NCBI GenBank assembly: GCA_964483665.1
Contig: CAZACP010000004.1
Span: forward strand, 7,399 to 71,398
Source of the DNA: an uncultured Candidatus Saccharibacteria bacterium
Lineage (GTDB): Bacteria > Patescibacteriota > Doudnabacteria > UBA920
DNA length: 64,000 bases
Direction of reading: 5' to 3'
This document shows positions 1 through 8,744 of the stretch, piece by piece. Made by a program: the position numbers and the translations under genes. Position 1 is the first letter of the stretch. The number at the start of each line of letters is the position of its first letter. Under the pieces are notes generated by a model. That model was not told where the DNA came from, ran no database searches, and saw only the letters and a list, made by a program, of their open reading frames with translations.

Positions 1-974
1 CCGCTCGCGTAGGCTTTAAAGTGTTTGCGCATTATGAAAAAAGATTTTTGGCCGCCCAGCTTTTCCTGAAACAATTTAGCATGCTCAAGAGCAACCGTTA
101 GTCGTTCCTTTACTGATGGTTGATAGTTGTCTTCGCGGAACATCCAGGGAAAGCCAAAAGCGCCTCTTGCTATCATAACTCCGTCGCAGCCTGTTTCTGC
201 CATTCGCGACAAGCCTTCCGTGCGAGACTTAACATCGCCATTGCCAATAATTAAAGTTTTTGATTGTAAAGTATTTCTAACATTAACAGCTTTTTTTACC
301 TCGACCCAACTAGCAGGCACTTTGCTTTTTTCTTGCTTGGTTCTTGCGTGCAAAGTTATAGCCGCCAAATTATGTTTGAGCAAATGTCCTATCCAGATTT
401 CGGTTTCAGGTTTAGAATATCCGGTTCTTGTTTTTACAGAGACCGGCAAACTACCAGCTCCTTTTATGGTTGCTTCGATGATCTCTGATGCCAAAACTGG
501 ATTGCGAATTAAAGCCGCGCACGCTCCTATGCCAATTTCCTTGTCCTGCGGGCAGCCCATATTTATATCTATGCCGTCAAAACCTAAATTCACCATTAAC
601 TTACTCGCTTCATAAAACTTTTCCGGGTCAGTCCCCCATATTTGCGCAACTATTGGCCTTTGATTTTCCGTGTATTCCAAATCTATTTTAAGCCGCTCAA
701 AACCAGTAGGATGCAGTATGCCATCCACATTTATAAACTCAGTAAACATAACGAACGCATTGCCTTTTTTTGTCTCCTCCTCCCCTGGCGAGGGGAGGAT
801 GCCCGATAGGGCAGGAGAGGTTGCTGTGGTCGTGTTATCGTTATTGTTATGAGTAATAGTTTTTACTCCCCCGCTATACTTAGCAAACATTTCCCTAAAC
901 ACCACGTCTGTAACTTCTTCCATAGGTGCTAGACAAAAAATGGGTCTATTAAGTTGTTGCCAAAAGTTAGACAT
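1..974 (-). CDS. dus: tRNA-dihydrouridine synthase, 3' end beyond window; carries a ~35-aa repeat-derived insertion
   Basis: Manual translation: MSNFWQQLNRPIFCLAPMEEVTDVVFREMF...FTEF...DINMGCP...SVKTRTG...ITLHART...IIGNGDV...DGVMIARG; absent from ORF track because it is truncated. Confidence 0.9.
   Translation of the reverse strand, partial: MSNFWQQLNRPIFCLAPMEEVTDVVFREMFAKYSGGVKTITHNNNDNTTTATSPALSGILPSPGEEETKKGNAFVMFTEFINVDGILHPTGFERLKIDLEYTENQRPIVAQIWGTDPEKFYEASKLMVNLGFDGIDINMGCPQDKEIGIGACAALIRNPVLASEIIEATIKGAGSLPVSVKTRTGYSKPETEIWIGHLLKHNLAAITLHARTKQEKSKVPASWVEVKKAVNVRNTLQSKTLIIGNGDVKSRTEGLSRMAETGCDGVMIARGAFGFPWMFREDNYQPSVKERLTVALEHAKLFQEKLGGQKSFFIMRKHFKAYAS
774..823. repeat. DUF559-associated palindromic repeat, in frame within dus
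   Basis: ctcctcccctggcgaggggaggatgcccgatagggcaggagaggttg; same architecture as the repeat at 45512-45565. Confidence 0.75.
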
Positions 975-1056
975 AGATATAATAATACAATAAAAACCGC
1001 CCTTGTTCCAGCCCGCAGGCCGGAATCAAGGGCATAGTCTACACGTCAAGAATCCT

Positions 1057-1443
1057 TTAGTCGTCTTCGGATTCGGGTATTAACTCAAATGTCGTATACG
1101 CGCCCTGGCCGCGAATTGCGGGTCGGTTGATCATTAGATACTTTTGTTCTTTGAACCCGTACCTAACTACCAGCACCACTCTTGTAAACCGAAGCGCTCC
1201 TATGGGTGGCTTCTCCGCGTCAACCTCTATTCCTATTGGGTAGGCGTTGACGAGATCGTTTGCTATGGCATACCCACACCAGCTCGTAAGAGCAAGGTTA
1301 TACTGGTTCATCAGGTTTGAAATTCGTGAAATCGCTCCAAACAAATCACTAGTCACCCACATAGTAAAAGCGGCCAAGCCGATACCCAAGACAGTGAACA
1401 AAACCGCGAGCATAAAGGTCGAAACAGACATCATGGAATCCAT
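1057..1443 (-). CDS. hypothetical protein with N-terminal TM helix (ORFan cassette)
   Basis: 128 aa ORF, SD-like GAGGGAG upstream, hairpins on both sides. Confidence 0.65.
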   Translation of the reverse strand: MDSMMSVSTFMLAVLFTVLGIGLAAFTMWVTSDLFGAISRISNLMNQYNLALTSWCGYAIANDLVNAYPIGIEVDAEKPPIGALRFTRVVLVVRYGFKEQKYLMINRPAIRGQGAYTTFELIPESEDD

Positions 1444-1512
1444 ATTGCTCCCTCTTGTATCTTTTTTCCCGACTACTCATTTAAGCAGAGAGAGAGAGAG
1501 ATTTGTCAATCC

Positions 1513-1557
1513 AAAAAACCGCCCCTCCGCCAGTTGGCGGATCAAGGGACGGTTTTT
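1513..1557 (-). terminator. intrinsic terminator after rplL with a TCCGCCAGTTGGCGGA palindrome in its loop
   Basis: aaaaaaccgcccct...aagggacggttttt stem with A/T tails. Confidence 0.65.
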
Positions 1558-1608
1558 ATGTTCGGATCATTCGGATGCGTTCGCAAGTTCGGATCGCAAA
1601 ATTATTTA

Positions 1609-1705
1609 GTAGATCCTTCGGCTCGTAAACGAGCCTCAGGATGAACCTTAAATAACTGTTACTTGAGGGATCCTTCATCCCAATAAATTGGGACTCAGGA
1701 TCAAC
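1609..1705. repeat. two GATCCTTC...CTCAGGAT palindromic repeats; related copies at ~5543-5568, ~30054-30100, ~47547-47572
   Basis: gatccttcggctcgtaaacgagcctcaggatgaac, ggatccttcatcccaataaattgggactcaggatcaac, ggatccttcgcttcgctcaggacgaca. Confidence 0.6.
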
Positions 1706-1726
1706 TTAAAATAATTAAGTCTAAAA

Positions 1727-2137
1727 TTATTTTAAGTTGACTTTTGCACCGGCTTCTTCCATTTTCTTCTTCATTTCTTCAGCCTGGGCTTTGGCAACAT
1801 TTTCCTTAACTACTTTAGGAGCGCCGTCTACAATGTCCTTGGCTTCTTTAAGGCCAAGACCGGTAATTTCGCGCACAACTTTAATCACATTAATTTTGTT
1901 CGCTCCGGCTTCGGCTAGTTCTACGTTGAATTCAGTTTTTTCTTCAGCTGCAGCCGCACCAGCGCCTGCTCCGGCGGCCGGCATTGCACCCATCATCATG
2001 GGAGCAGCGGCAGAAACGCCGAACTTACCTTCTAAAACTTTTACTAACTCGGAAAGTTCCAAAACAGAAAGCTTTTCAATTTGTTCTACCAAAGCTTTGA
2101 ATTTTTCCGGAACTTCTACTTTATTTTCTTCTGACAT
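1727..2137 (-). CDS. rplL: 50S ribosomal protein L7/L12
   Basis: [11 protein letters not shown]...FGVSAAA...[10 protein letters not shown]...[21 protein letters not shown]. Confidence 0.98.
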   Translation of the reverse strand: MSEENKVEVPEKFKALVEQIEKLSVLELSELVKVLEGKFGVSAAAPMMMGAMPAAGAGAGAAAAEEKTEFNVELAEAGANKINVIKVVREITGLGLKEAKDIVDGAPKVVKENVAKAQAEEMKKKMEEAGAKVNLK

Positions 2138-2259
2138 ATGTTTTCTTAAATATATTAATTAATAAATTTTGTAATTTTTTTAATTTTATTAATAATTTTC
2201 TAATGTATAATTTTTGAATTAAAACATTATTTAAAAATTATAAAATTAAAAATTGGGAA

Positions 2260-2778
2260 TTATGCTTTTTGCGTAACCGCGTTAAGCACATTTATTAAGC
2301 TTCTTATGTTGCCGGCAAGTACGTTTACAAAACCGGAAACCGGAGCGTTAATTGTGCCAACAAGCATGCCTCGGAGCTGGTCTTTGCTTGGCAAGTCGGC
2401 CAATGCCTCAACCTGAGTTTTAGCAATAACCGCTTTGTCGACCACACCTTCCAAAACTTTTATGGTCTTAATTTCTTTAGCCAGACTTTTTATAACCCTA
2501 GCCGGCGAAGTCTCGTCTTCGTTAGACATAGACAAAATTACCGGGGTTTTATAGTCCGCAATATTACCGCTAACTCCTGCTTCTGACAAAGCTTTTTTTA
2601 CTAGGCTTAATTTGTAAACCTTGGAAAAAACATTTTCCTTGCGCAAAGCGCTGCGGAATTTGGTAATATCTTTAACTGTTGTGCCTTTATAGTCGGTAAA
2701 GACTATAGACTTTGCGGTTTTAACCTTTTCTGTTAATTCCTGCAAATCAGTCTGTTTTTGAGATTTTGATTTAGACAT
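2260..2778 (-). CDS. rplJ: 50S ribosomal protein L10
   Basis: VFTDYKGTTVKDITKFR...LADLPSKDQLRGMLVGTINAP; upstream of rplL; ATG at 2778 preferred. Confidence 0.95.
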   Translation of the reverse strand: MSKSKSQKQTDLQELTEKVKTAKSIVFTDYKGTTVKDITKFRSALRKENVFSKVYKLSLVKKALSEAGVSGNIADYKTPVILSMSNEDETSPARVIKSLAKEIKTIKVLEGVVDKAVIAKTQVEALADLPSKDQLRGMLVGTINAPVSGFVNVLAGNIRSLINVLNAVTQKA

Positions 2779-2880
2779 AGTTTGCAATAACTAATAATTG
2801 TTAATTGATAATTAATAACTTTAGGTACAGTTATGAGATATCAATTATTAGTTATAAATTCTTTCTTCTTTTCGACCTTT

Positions 2881-2936
2881 ACCCTGTTAAATAACTCGCT
2901 AAAGGCGAGTTGCCGCTAAGCGGCATTTAACAGGGT
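2881..2936. repeat. 56-bp MITE-like element with CCCYGTTAAAT/ATTTAACAGGG ends; second copy 17013-17068
   Basis: accctgttaaataactcgc...gccgctaagcggcatttaacagggt vs gccccgttaaataattcgc...gccgtcagaggcggcatttaacagggt. Confidence 0.8.
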
Positions 2937-3017
2937 TAATCGTTAAATATCGTAGACAAATTCCGCCTTCGCCAAGGCTATGGCGGATTGTTCTCTATAA
3001 AAATAAATTTATGGGAA

Positions 3018-3155
3018 CAAAAAACTCGGGCTTAGCCGAGTGAAATACTTATAAGCTTACCAGCTTACGCGCTGATTTGCTTTTATATATTCCTCGGTGG
3101 GCTCCTGTTTAGGAATTAACCCCACTTCTCCTAAGAGGCGGGGACCAACTGTCAA
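3018..3155 (-). ncRNA. ribosomal protein L10 leader with downstream attenuator hairpin
   Basis: Minus strand GACAGTTGG...TTAA...CCCACCGAGG matches the L10-leader core; followed by ctcggctaagcccgagtttttt; upstream of rplJ. Confidence 0.75.
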
Positions 3156-3221
3156 TGGATATTAAACTTAATATATAATATAATAAACTAGCTAGAATGT
3201 CAAGGAATGAAAGGGGGGTCT

Positions 3222-3401
3222 ATGGACTCCGAATCTATTAGGTCACTGGGCCAATTTCTGTTTTTGGTGGGCTTCTTAGGCAGTCCCATCTGCCTAATCG
3301 AAATTGACCAGGAAGAAACCCCGTTGACATGGGGAATTATTGGTGCGGTTTTGATAGGCAAACTGCTGAGTTTTTTTGCCAACCTGGCGGGCGGATCGTG
3401 A
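3222..3401 (+). CDS. small 2-TM membrane protein (ORFan cassette)
   Basis: G-rich SD before ATG 3222, two hydrophobic segments, ggcggatcgtgagatccgcc hairpin at the stop. Confidence 0.55.
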   Translation: MDSESIRSLGQFLFLVGFLGSPICLIEIDQEETPLTWGIIGAVLIGKLLSFFANLAGGS

Positions 3402-3434
3402 GATCCGCCTCTTCTTTTACCTAATTTAAAGTAT

Positions 3435-4013
3435 TTACTTAAACAAAAACTTCGGCACATAGCTTACCATTGCCGCCATTTCCCTTACGTAATAAAAACT
3501 AAGCTCCTTAAATTTAAAATACCCGCTGTCCGGTGCGCTATAGTAAACTTTTTTAAAACCCAAAGACTTGGCCATTATAACGCTTCTGGCCAAATGAAAT
3601 TTGTCTGAGACCACAATTACAGACTCTGCCTGGGGCAATTTTTCCCGCGCATTTTTTATATTTTCGTAAGTATTAGAAGCATTTTCGTCTAAAATTACAT
3701 TTAAAGTCTTATTGGTATTTTTTTGCAGTATTCGCTGCATATTGGTAGCTTCGGAAATATATTTTTCATTTATCCTGCCTCCGGAAAGCACCATTACCGG
3801 GGCCATTTCCTGCTCATAAAGCTTTAGGGCTTCTAAAGTCCTATTTTGCAAAGCCGGCGTGTTTATAGCAGCGCCCATAACTATTATGGCATCGGCTTTT
3901 TGCACTTGCGGCGAACTTAAGGCATAGCCAAAAACCAACCCGGCATCTAAAACAAGCGCCGCAGCAACGGCATATAGCCCTACTTTTATGGAACTAACAA
4001 CTCTTTTCCTCAT
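3435..4013 (-). CDS. YdcF/SanA/ElyC (DUF218) family protein
   Basis: DAIIVMGA, SGG, SEA, ENASNTYEN, VSDKFHLARS motifs; N-terminal TM. Confidence 0.9.
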   Translation of the reverse strand: MRKRVVSSIKVGLYAVAAALVLDAGLVFGYALSSPQVQKADAIIVMGAAINTPALQNRTLEALKLYEQEMAPVMVLSGGRINEKYISEATNMQRILQKNTNKTLNVILDENASNTYENIKNAREKLPQAESVIVVSDKFHLARSVIMAKSLGFKKVYYSAPDSGYFKFKELSFYYVREMAAMVSYVPKFLFK

Positions 4014-4185
4014 TCTTTAATTTTAGCATAATTGAAATAAAAATCCTTATTTACTGTATAATATTGTAACTATACCCCGTAATACAACTTTCTATATTAC
4101 CTTAGGGTATGGGTTATGTTTTAGGGCAAAATATTCTACATAAATATTGTGAGCATTAATAAAATGGAAAGATGATATACGGGGT

Positions 4186-4752
4186 ATGACCGAAACGCCA
4201 AAAACCGACGAAGAGTTAGCCAAACAAACACAAAACGGCAATACGGAAAGCTTTGGTGAGCTGGTGGCCAGATTTGAAAAAAAACTTACGCGTTACGCGA
4301 AAAAATTCCTGTTCGATTACTCCGAAGCCGAGGACTTAGTCCAGGAAGTTTTTTTAAAAGCCTACCAGAATATACAAAGCTTTGACGTAAAGCGTTCTTT
4401 TAATGCCTGGATATACCGGATTGCCCATAACTTGTTTATTAACGAAATAAAAAGAAAGGGCAAAGAACCGCTACCCTTTTTTGACCCTGACACGCTCTTT
4501 CCCCACCCCGTAGACAACCATAAAGCCGACGACGAAGTAAAAGAAAAAGAACTAAAGGAAATGATGGACAAATGCTTAAGCAAGCTAAAACCCAATTACC
4601 GTGAGGCAATGGTTTTGTACTATTACGAAGACCTAGACTACCAAAAAATTTCCGATGTCTTGCAAATTCCGGTTTCCACTGTGGGAGTAAGGCTGAACAG
4701 GGCAAAAAAAGAATTAAGAGAAATTTACCTAAAACTTTACCAGCCCGCCTAA
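4186..4752 (+). CDS. ECF (group IV) sigma factor
   Basis: AEDLVQEVFLKAY, FNAWIYRIAHN, region 4 STVGVRLNRAK. Confidence 0.93.
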   Translation: MTETPKTDEELAKQTQNGNTESFGELVARFEKKLTRYAKKFLFDYSEAEDLVQEVFLKAYQNIQSFDVKRSFNAWIYRIAHNLFINEIKRKGKEPLPFFDPDTLFPHPVDNHKADDEVKEKELKEMMDKCLSKLKPNYREAMVLYYYEDLDYQKISDVLQIPVSTVGVRLNRAKKELREIYLKLYQPA

Positions 4753-4776
4753 TAACTAAATGCTAATTGTTAAACC

Positions 4777-5535
4777 ATGAACGAATTACATCAAACATTA
4801 CAGGAAAAAGTTTTAAGCGCTATTAAGTCCGGAGAAGTTAAGCCGAAATCCAAATGGTACTTCTACGCTCAAAGCGCCGGTTTGTCTTTTGTCTTAATTT
4901 TCCTGGGACTCCTAGTTTTGTTTGTAGGCAGCTTAATTATATTCAGTTTAAAACAAAACGGCGCCTGGTACGCCCCGGGTTTCGGCTTTTACGGCCTTAA
5001 AATTTTTGTTTTGTCTCTCCCCTGGCTTTTAATTTTAGCGGTCGCAGGCTTATTAGTTTTGCTGGAACGACTTTTAAAGCACTACAAATTCAGCTATAAG
5101 CAGCCAATGCTGTATTCTTTTGTCGGGGTCGGGCTTTTGTTTGTTTTAGGTACAATTTTAGTTTCACAAATCCATATTCACGAAGAAATTTTTAACCAAA
5201 CCAGGCAAAACAAACTTATGTTTGGAAAAGGCGTTTATAAGTACTACGGAATGCCTGCAAAAGGCAATGTAACGCGAGGAATAATTTTAGAAAAAAATAC
5301 GGAAGGATGTAAAATAAGCACTTTGTCGGAAGAAATTTTGCAGGTTTTAGTTACGCCCAATACCCGCTTGCCTTACGCCTATGATTTTGTTTCCGGGGAC
5401 GAAATTATGGTACTAGGCCCCAGGGACGACCAAACCATTCGGGCAGTTGGCATAGTTAAGCTCGGCAGCATGCCTGAAATTTTTATAACCCCGACTTCAC
5501 CCCCTGTTATGCTAATGCCTCAATTTACGCAGTAA
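4777..5535 (+). CDS. putative multi-TM anti-sigma factor
   Basis: 3 TM helices plus C-terminal beta-rich domain, directly after the ECF sigma gene. Confidence 0.6.
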   Translation: MNELHQTLQEKVLSAIKSGEVKPKSKWYFYAQSAGLSFVLIFLGLLVLFVGSLIIFSLKQNGAWYAPGFGFYGLKIFVLSLPWLLILAVAGLLVLLERLLKHYKFSYKQPMLYSFVGVGLLFVLGTILVSQIHIHEEIFNQTRQNKLMFGKGVYKYYGMPAKGNVTRGIILEKNTEGCKISTLSEEILQVLVTPNTRLPYAYDFVSGDEIMVLGPRDDQTIRAVGIVKLGSMPEIFITPTSPPVMLMPQFTQ

Positions 5536-5719
5536 CCAAAACCATTCCGAGCCTTTGCGAGGAATCCCTTCTTTTTTCACTAACTTATAACAAAAATCCC
5601 GAGTAAAAACGGGGTTTTTATTTTTTTTCTCTTATTTTAATTTTTTTGAAATATTTTTTTTGCGGTAAAGTAGTAATGTGTGAGCAGCTCAAAAAAATTA
5701 ACTTAAGAAAGGACAACCT

Positions 5720-6187
5720 ATGGAAACAAACCTCCAAAAATCTACTTGGATGAAGAAAAAATATTTAGCTTACGGCATTATTCCGGCTTTTGCTTTAGCC
5801 TTAGCCGGGGCGGGCGTAGCCTCCGCCCATGGATTTGGTTTTGGTATGAGTAATTTAACTCCGCAGCAAATTGCGCAAAACCAAACTGACCGCTTCACTA
5901 AACAGGCCGCGCTTTTAGGAGTCAGCGTGGACGAAGTAAAAACGGCTTGGGCCAAAGGCCAGACCTTGCAGGAACTGGCAAATTCCAAAGGCATAACCGC
6001 CGAGCAACTAAAAGCTAAAATGCAGGCGCAAATGCAGGAACAACAAAAAGCGCATTTGCAGGCTTTGGTTGACCAAGGCGTAATAACCCAAGACCAAATG
6101 AACCAACGCCTTGAATTTGAAAAAAACAACCAGGGCAAAGGCTTTGGCAAGCGCGGTATGCGCGGAATGGGTATGATGGGCTTTTAG
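5720..6187 (+). CDS. secreted helical protein with Gly/Met-rich tail, probable ECF target
   Basis: Signal peptide ending ASA-H; AALLGVSVDEVK...GQTLQELA; ends GMRGMGMMGF. Confidence 0.75.
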   Translation: METNLQKSTWMKKKYLAYGIIPAFALALAGAGVASAHGFGFGMSNLTPQQIAQNQTDRFTKQAALLGVSVDEVKTAWAKGQTLQELANSKGITAEQLKAKMQAQMQEQQKAHLQALVDQGVITQDQMNQRLEFEKNNQGKGFGKRGMRGMGMMGF

Positions 6188-6201
6188 ATTTAAACAATAT
6201 T

Positions 6202-6314
6202 AACTCTCTCTCCAAGACTTGGAGAGAGCCGGAGAGAGATTAATTCGCCTCTGTCATCCCGGCCCCCGACCGCGTCCTCCATAGCTTTATACGAAGGATG
6301 GAGCCGGAATCCAG
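6202..6314. repeat. DUF559-type repeat followed by an RPE-like GTCATCCCGG...CCGGAATCCA element with a nested hairpin
   Basis: ctctctctccaagacttggagagag; tgtcatcccggcccccga[ccgcgtcctccatagctttatacgaaggatgga]gccggaatccag. Confidence 0.65.
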
Positions 6315-6459
6315 TAACTCACTTAACAACTATCTCGAGCAACTAATTATAAACAAAAACCCTTAAGATTTATGACCTTAGGGGTTTTTGTTTTGACTAT
6401 TAATAAGTTGATTGCTAAACTCCTTGCATGCTCGCACCTAGCGGGCTGAAGGAGGTTCA

Positions 6460-6846
6460 ATGTTTTGGTTAGTTGCCATGCTCCTAATGGAGAGTCCACC
6501 CAGCTGGAAGGAGCAACCGAAAAATCACTTCGAGCTGGAAAACTCAACCGACAAGTGCTGGGTCGAAGTGAAGGACTCCAGTTTGGTAGGACGAGTCATG
6601 CATTTGAAAGAAGGTGACGTAGAATATTGGCACTACGTCATTATCTCGGGTTCAAAGCTCAGTCACGAGAACTGGCTTATGAACCCCAAAAGCGGTTTAA
6701 CCTACCAATACGGCGCCGGTGAGCCTTTTCGCAGATGGGCGTTTCAGCAGTTATGCGGCAGGCATCTACGCATGCTGCCAAAAGAAATACAGAAAAGGTT
6801 TAAGAAAGTTGGGTACAAATCCCAACGCCCTCCGCCCCATCCCTAG
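6460..6846 (+). CDS. hypothetical protein (ORFan cassette)
   Basis: TTGACT-17-TAAACT promoter (6393-6421), GGAGG SD, downstream hairpin. Confidence 0.7.
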   Translation: MFWLVAMLLMESPPSWKEQPKNHFELENSTDKCWVEVKDSSLVGRVMHLKEGDVEYWHYVIISGSKLSHENWLMNPKSGLTYQYGAGEPFRRWAFQQLCGRHLRMLPKEIQKRFKKVGYKSQRPPPHP

Positions 6847-6970
6847 TCCGTCACACGACGACAACATAAGGCATTAGCTAATTTGGACTGTACATCCAAA
6901 AAGCTAATGCCTTTGCTTTTTTGATTCGCACCCTATTGCACTACTGTACTAGTACGATGAAACAAAAAAA

Positions 6971-7231
6971 TTATTTTTTTATTAAAGGCAAAGGTTTATA
7001 CAACCCCCAGGGCTTAGTCCAGCCTTTGGTTTTGTAATGAAAGAAAAAATGTACTACCAAAGAAACAATAAAAGAAATAAGTAAAGTAAAAAGAGTAAAT
7101 TCCAAATCCTTCCAAAAATATAAACCTACAAATATCGGAGTGACTATAGAATACTTAAGAATTCTAAACTTACGCGACTGTCCATGCACCACCACATATT
7201 TTTCTTTTTGTAAGATTTCTTTAAAAGACAT
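6971..7231 (-). CDS. small 2-TM membrane protein
   Basis: 86 aa, two hydrophobic segments, directly downstream of 7234 ORF. Confidence 0.65.
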   Translation of the reverse strand: MSFKEILQKEKYVVVHGQSRKFRILKYSIVTPIFVGLYFWKDLEFTLFTLLISFIVSLVVHFFFHYKTKGWTKPWGLYKPLPLIKK

Positions 7232-7233
7232 AA

Positions 7234-7758
7234 CTACACTTTAATTTCACTTAATATTTTACTTGCTACTTCGGCAATGTCTTTGTTTGAATCAATGGGA
7301 ATAGCACCTCTCTTAATCATTCTGATTTCAAACTCCCTACGTCCACTTAAAGCAAATTCTCTTTCCTCATCGTATTTCCCAAAAGCATTTTCTCCAGGGT
7401 TCATATGGCGTGCCTCCATTCTCTGCGCTAGAATGTTGTCTGGCGATTGAAGTAAAAAGATTTTATCAAATAAATGTAAAAACTCATCTTGATTACCGGT
7501 AATACCTGTTGCGATTAACAAACCTTGATTATTTTTTAATATTTTCTGCAAACTTTCAAAATTACAAACCCAATCATGGTCTTTTAGCCAAGTCATTGTT
7601 GGGCTGTAGTCGTCGGCCTTTTCTTTTGTATTTTTATCTATCCAATAACACAAGTCCTCAATTTCTTCTATATCAAACGCAAAAACACCCCTACTTTTAA
7701 ACTCCTTAGCAATTGCCGATTTACCACTACCAGATATGCCGGTAACATAAATTTTCAT
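7234..7758 (-). CDS. P-loop nucleotide/shikimate kinase-like protein
   Basis: MKIYVTGISGSGKS Walker A at N-terminus; ATG 7758 preferred. Confidence 0.8.
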   Translation of the reverse strand: MKIYVTGISGSGKSAIAKEFKSRGVFAFDIEEIEDLCYWIDKNTKEKADDYSPTMTWLKDHDWVCNFESLQKILKNNQGLLIATGITGNQDEFLHLFDKIFLLQSPDNILAQRMEARHMNPGENAFGKYDEEREFALSGRREFEIRMIKRGAIPIDSNKDIAEVASKILSEIKV

Positions 7759-7856
7759 ATACTGCAATTTTAACACAAAATCGGCTTTGTCAGATAGCAA
7801 ATACTAGATTTTTTTTGTTAAATATCATATAATGTATGAAGTTTTTACCACTCTAT

Positions 7857-7931
7857 TGGGGTGTCGCCAAGTGGTAAGGCAGCGCCCTTTGGAGGCGCCA
7901 TTCGTAGGTTCGAATCCTACCACCCCAGCCA
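7857..7931 (+). tRNA. tRNA-Gln (anticodon TTG)
   Basis: tggggtg acceptor stem, D-loop AAGTGGTAA, anticodon arm gcgcc-ctTTGga-ggcgc, GGTTCGAATCC T-arm, encoded CCA. Confidence 0.97.
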
Positions 7932-8080
7932 CGAAAAATGACTTTGTCATCTCGTGGCAGGCCAGCATACGCTTTTGGTATGATGATCTGCTATGAGAAA
8001 ATGATGAGGTCATTTTTCGTGAGCCCCGAGATTATCCACCCATGGTGGAGAATTTTTCGGGGCCACGGTATAATATAACT

Positions 8081-8341
8081 ATGCATTATGTATATTTATT
8101 GGAATCCCAACAAGATAAATCATGGTATATAGGCCAAACGGATGACTTAAAAGCAAGAGTAGCCAGGCACAATGCGGGTAATGGAGCCAGAACCACCAGC
8201 CTTAAAACAAATTGGGAACTTATATACTATGAAGCCTATAAGACTAAGGCAGACGCCTTGGGTAGAGAGAAATTTTTGAAAAGTGGATCTGGCTACAAGT
8301 ATTTAAAAAAACAGTTAAAAAATTATTTAGAAATCAAATAA
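8081..8341 (+). CDS. GIY-YIG nuclease family protein
   Basis: HYVYLL...WYIGQTDDLKARVARHN...YYEAY...ALGREKFLKSG; TATAAT 6 nt before ATG 8081. Confidence 0.9.
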   Translation: MHYVYLLESQQDKSWYIGQTDDLKARVARHNAGNGARTTSLKTNWELIYYEAYKTKADALGREKFLKSGSGYKYLKKQLKNYLEIK

Positions 8342-8426
8342 TATAAGCAATAAACGGGTATGGGTCCCGCAAGGAACCAGCTGGCGTGGGGCTTTGTGTT
8401 TATAAAATTAATTTAACAAAAAAATT

Positions 8427-8678
8427 ATGGCTAATTCCTTAATACTAAACATATCTAAAAATCCTTCGTATACAACCCAGTCGTTACAAAACCCGGCAGC
8501 AAGTTATGACAAAACATTAGACTATTTGAATATTGCTTTGGCAGTAGCCGTAGCAATCGTTATATTTTTAATAATGCGTTTTATATTGCTTTGGTACTGG
8601 AAAATCAATGAAATTGTTAGTTTATTAACAGATATTAGAAATAACACCAATAAAAATGAACAAAAAACACAGTCTTAG
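8427..8678 (+). CDS. small membrane protein
   Basis: single TM then LWYWKINEIVSLL. Confidence 0.65.
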   Translation: MANSLILNISKNPSYTTQSLQNPAASYDKTLDYLNIALAVAVAIVIFLIMRFILLWYWKINEIVSLLTDIRNNTNKNEQKTQS

Positions 8679-8744
8679 GCTGTGTTTTTTTAAATTGACT
8701 TTATTTATGCAAAGTTTTAAACTAGTAGTGTAATTTATTTAGAT

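Noticed and set aside
127-852. Plus-strand ORFs 127-615, 488-691 and 670-852
   Set aside because: Antisense shadows of dus; the same applies to shadow ORFs over rplL, mreB, gpmI, dnaX and rpsE.
7825-8013. 62-aa minus-strand ORF
   Set aside because: It is the antisense translation of tRNA-Gln.
8355-8395. GC-rich patch after the GIY-YIG gene as an ncRNA or att site
   Set aside because: No convincing structure or second copy found.
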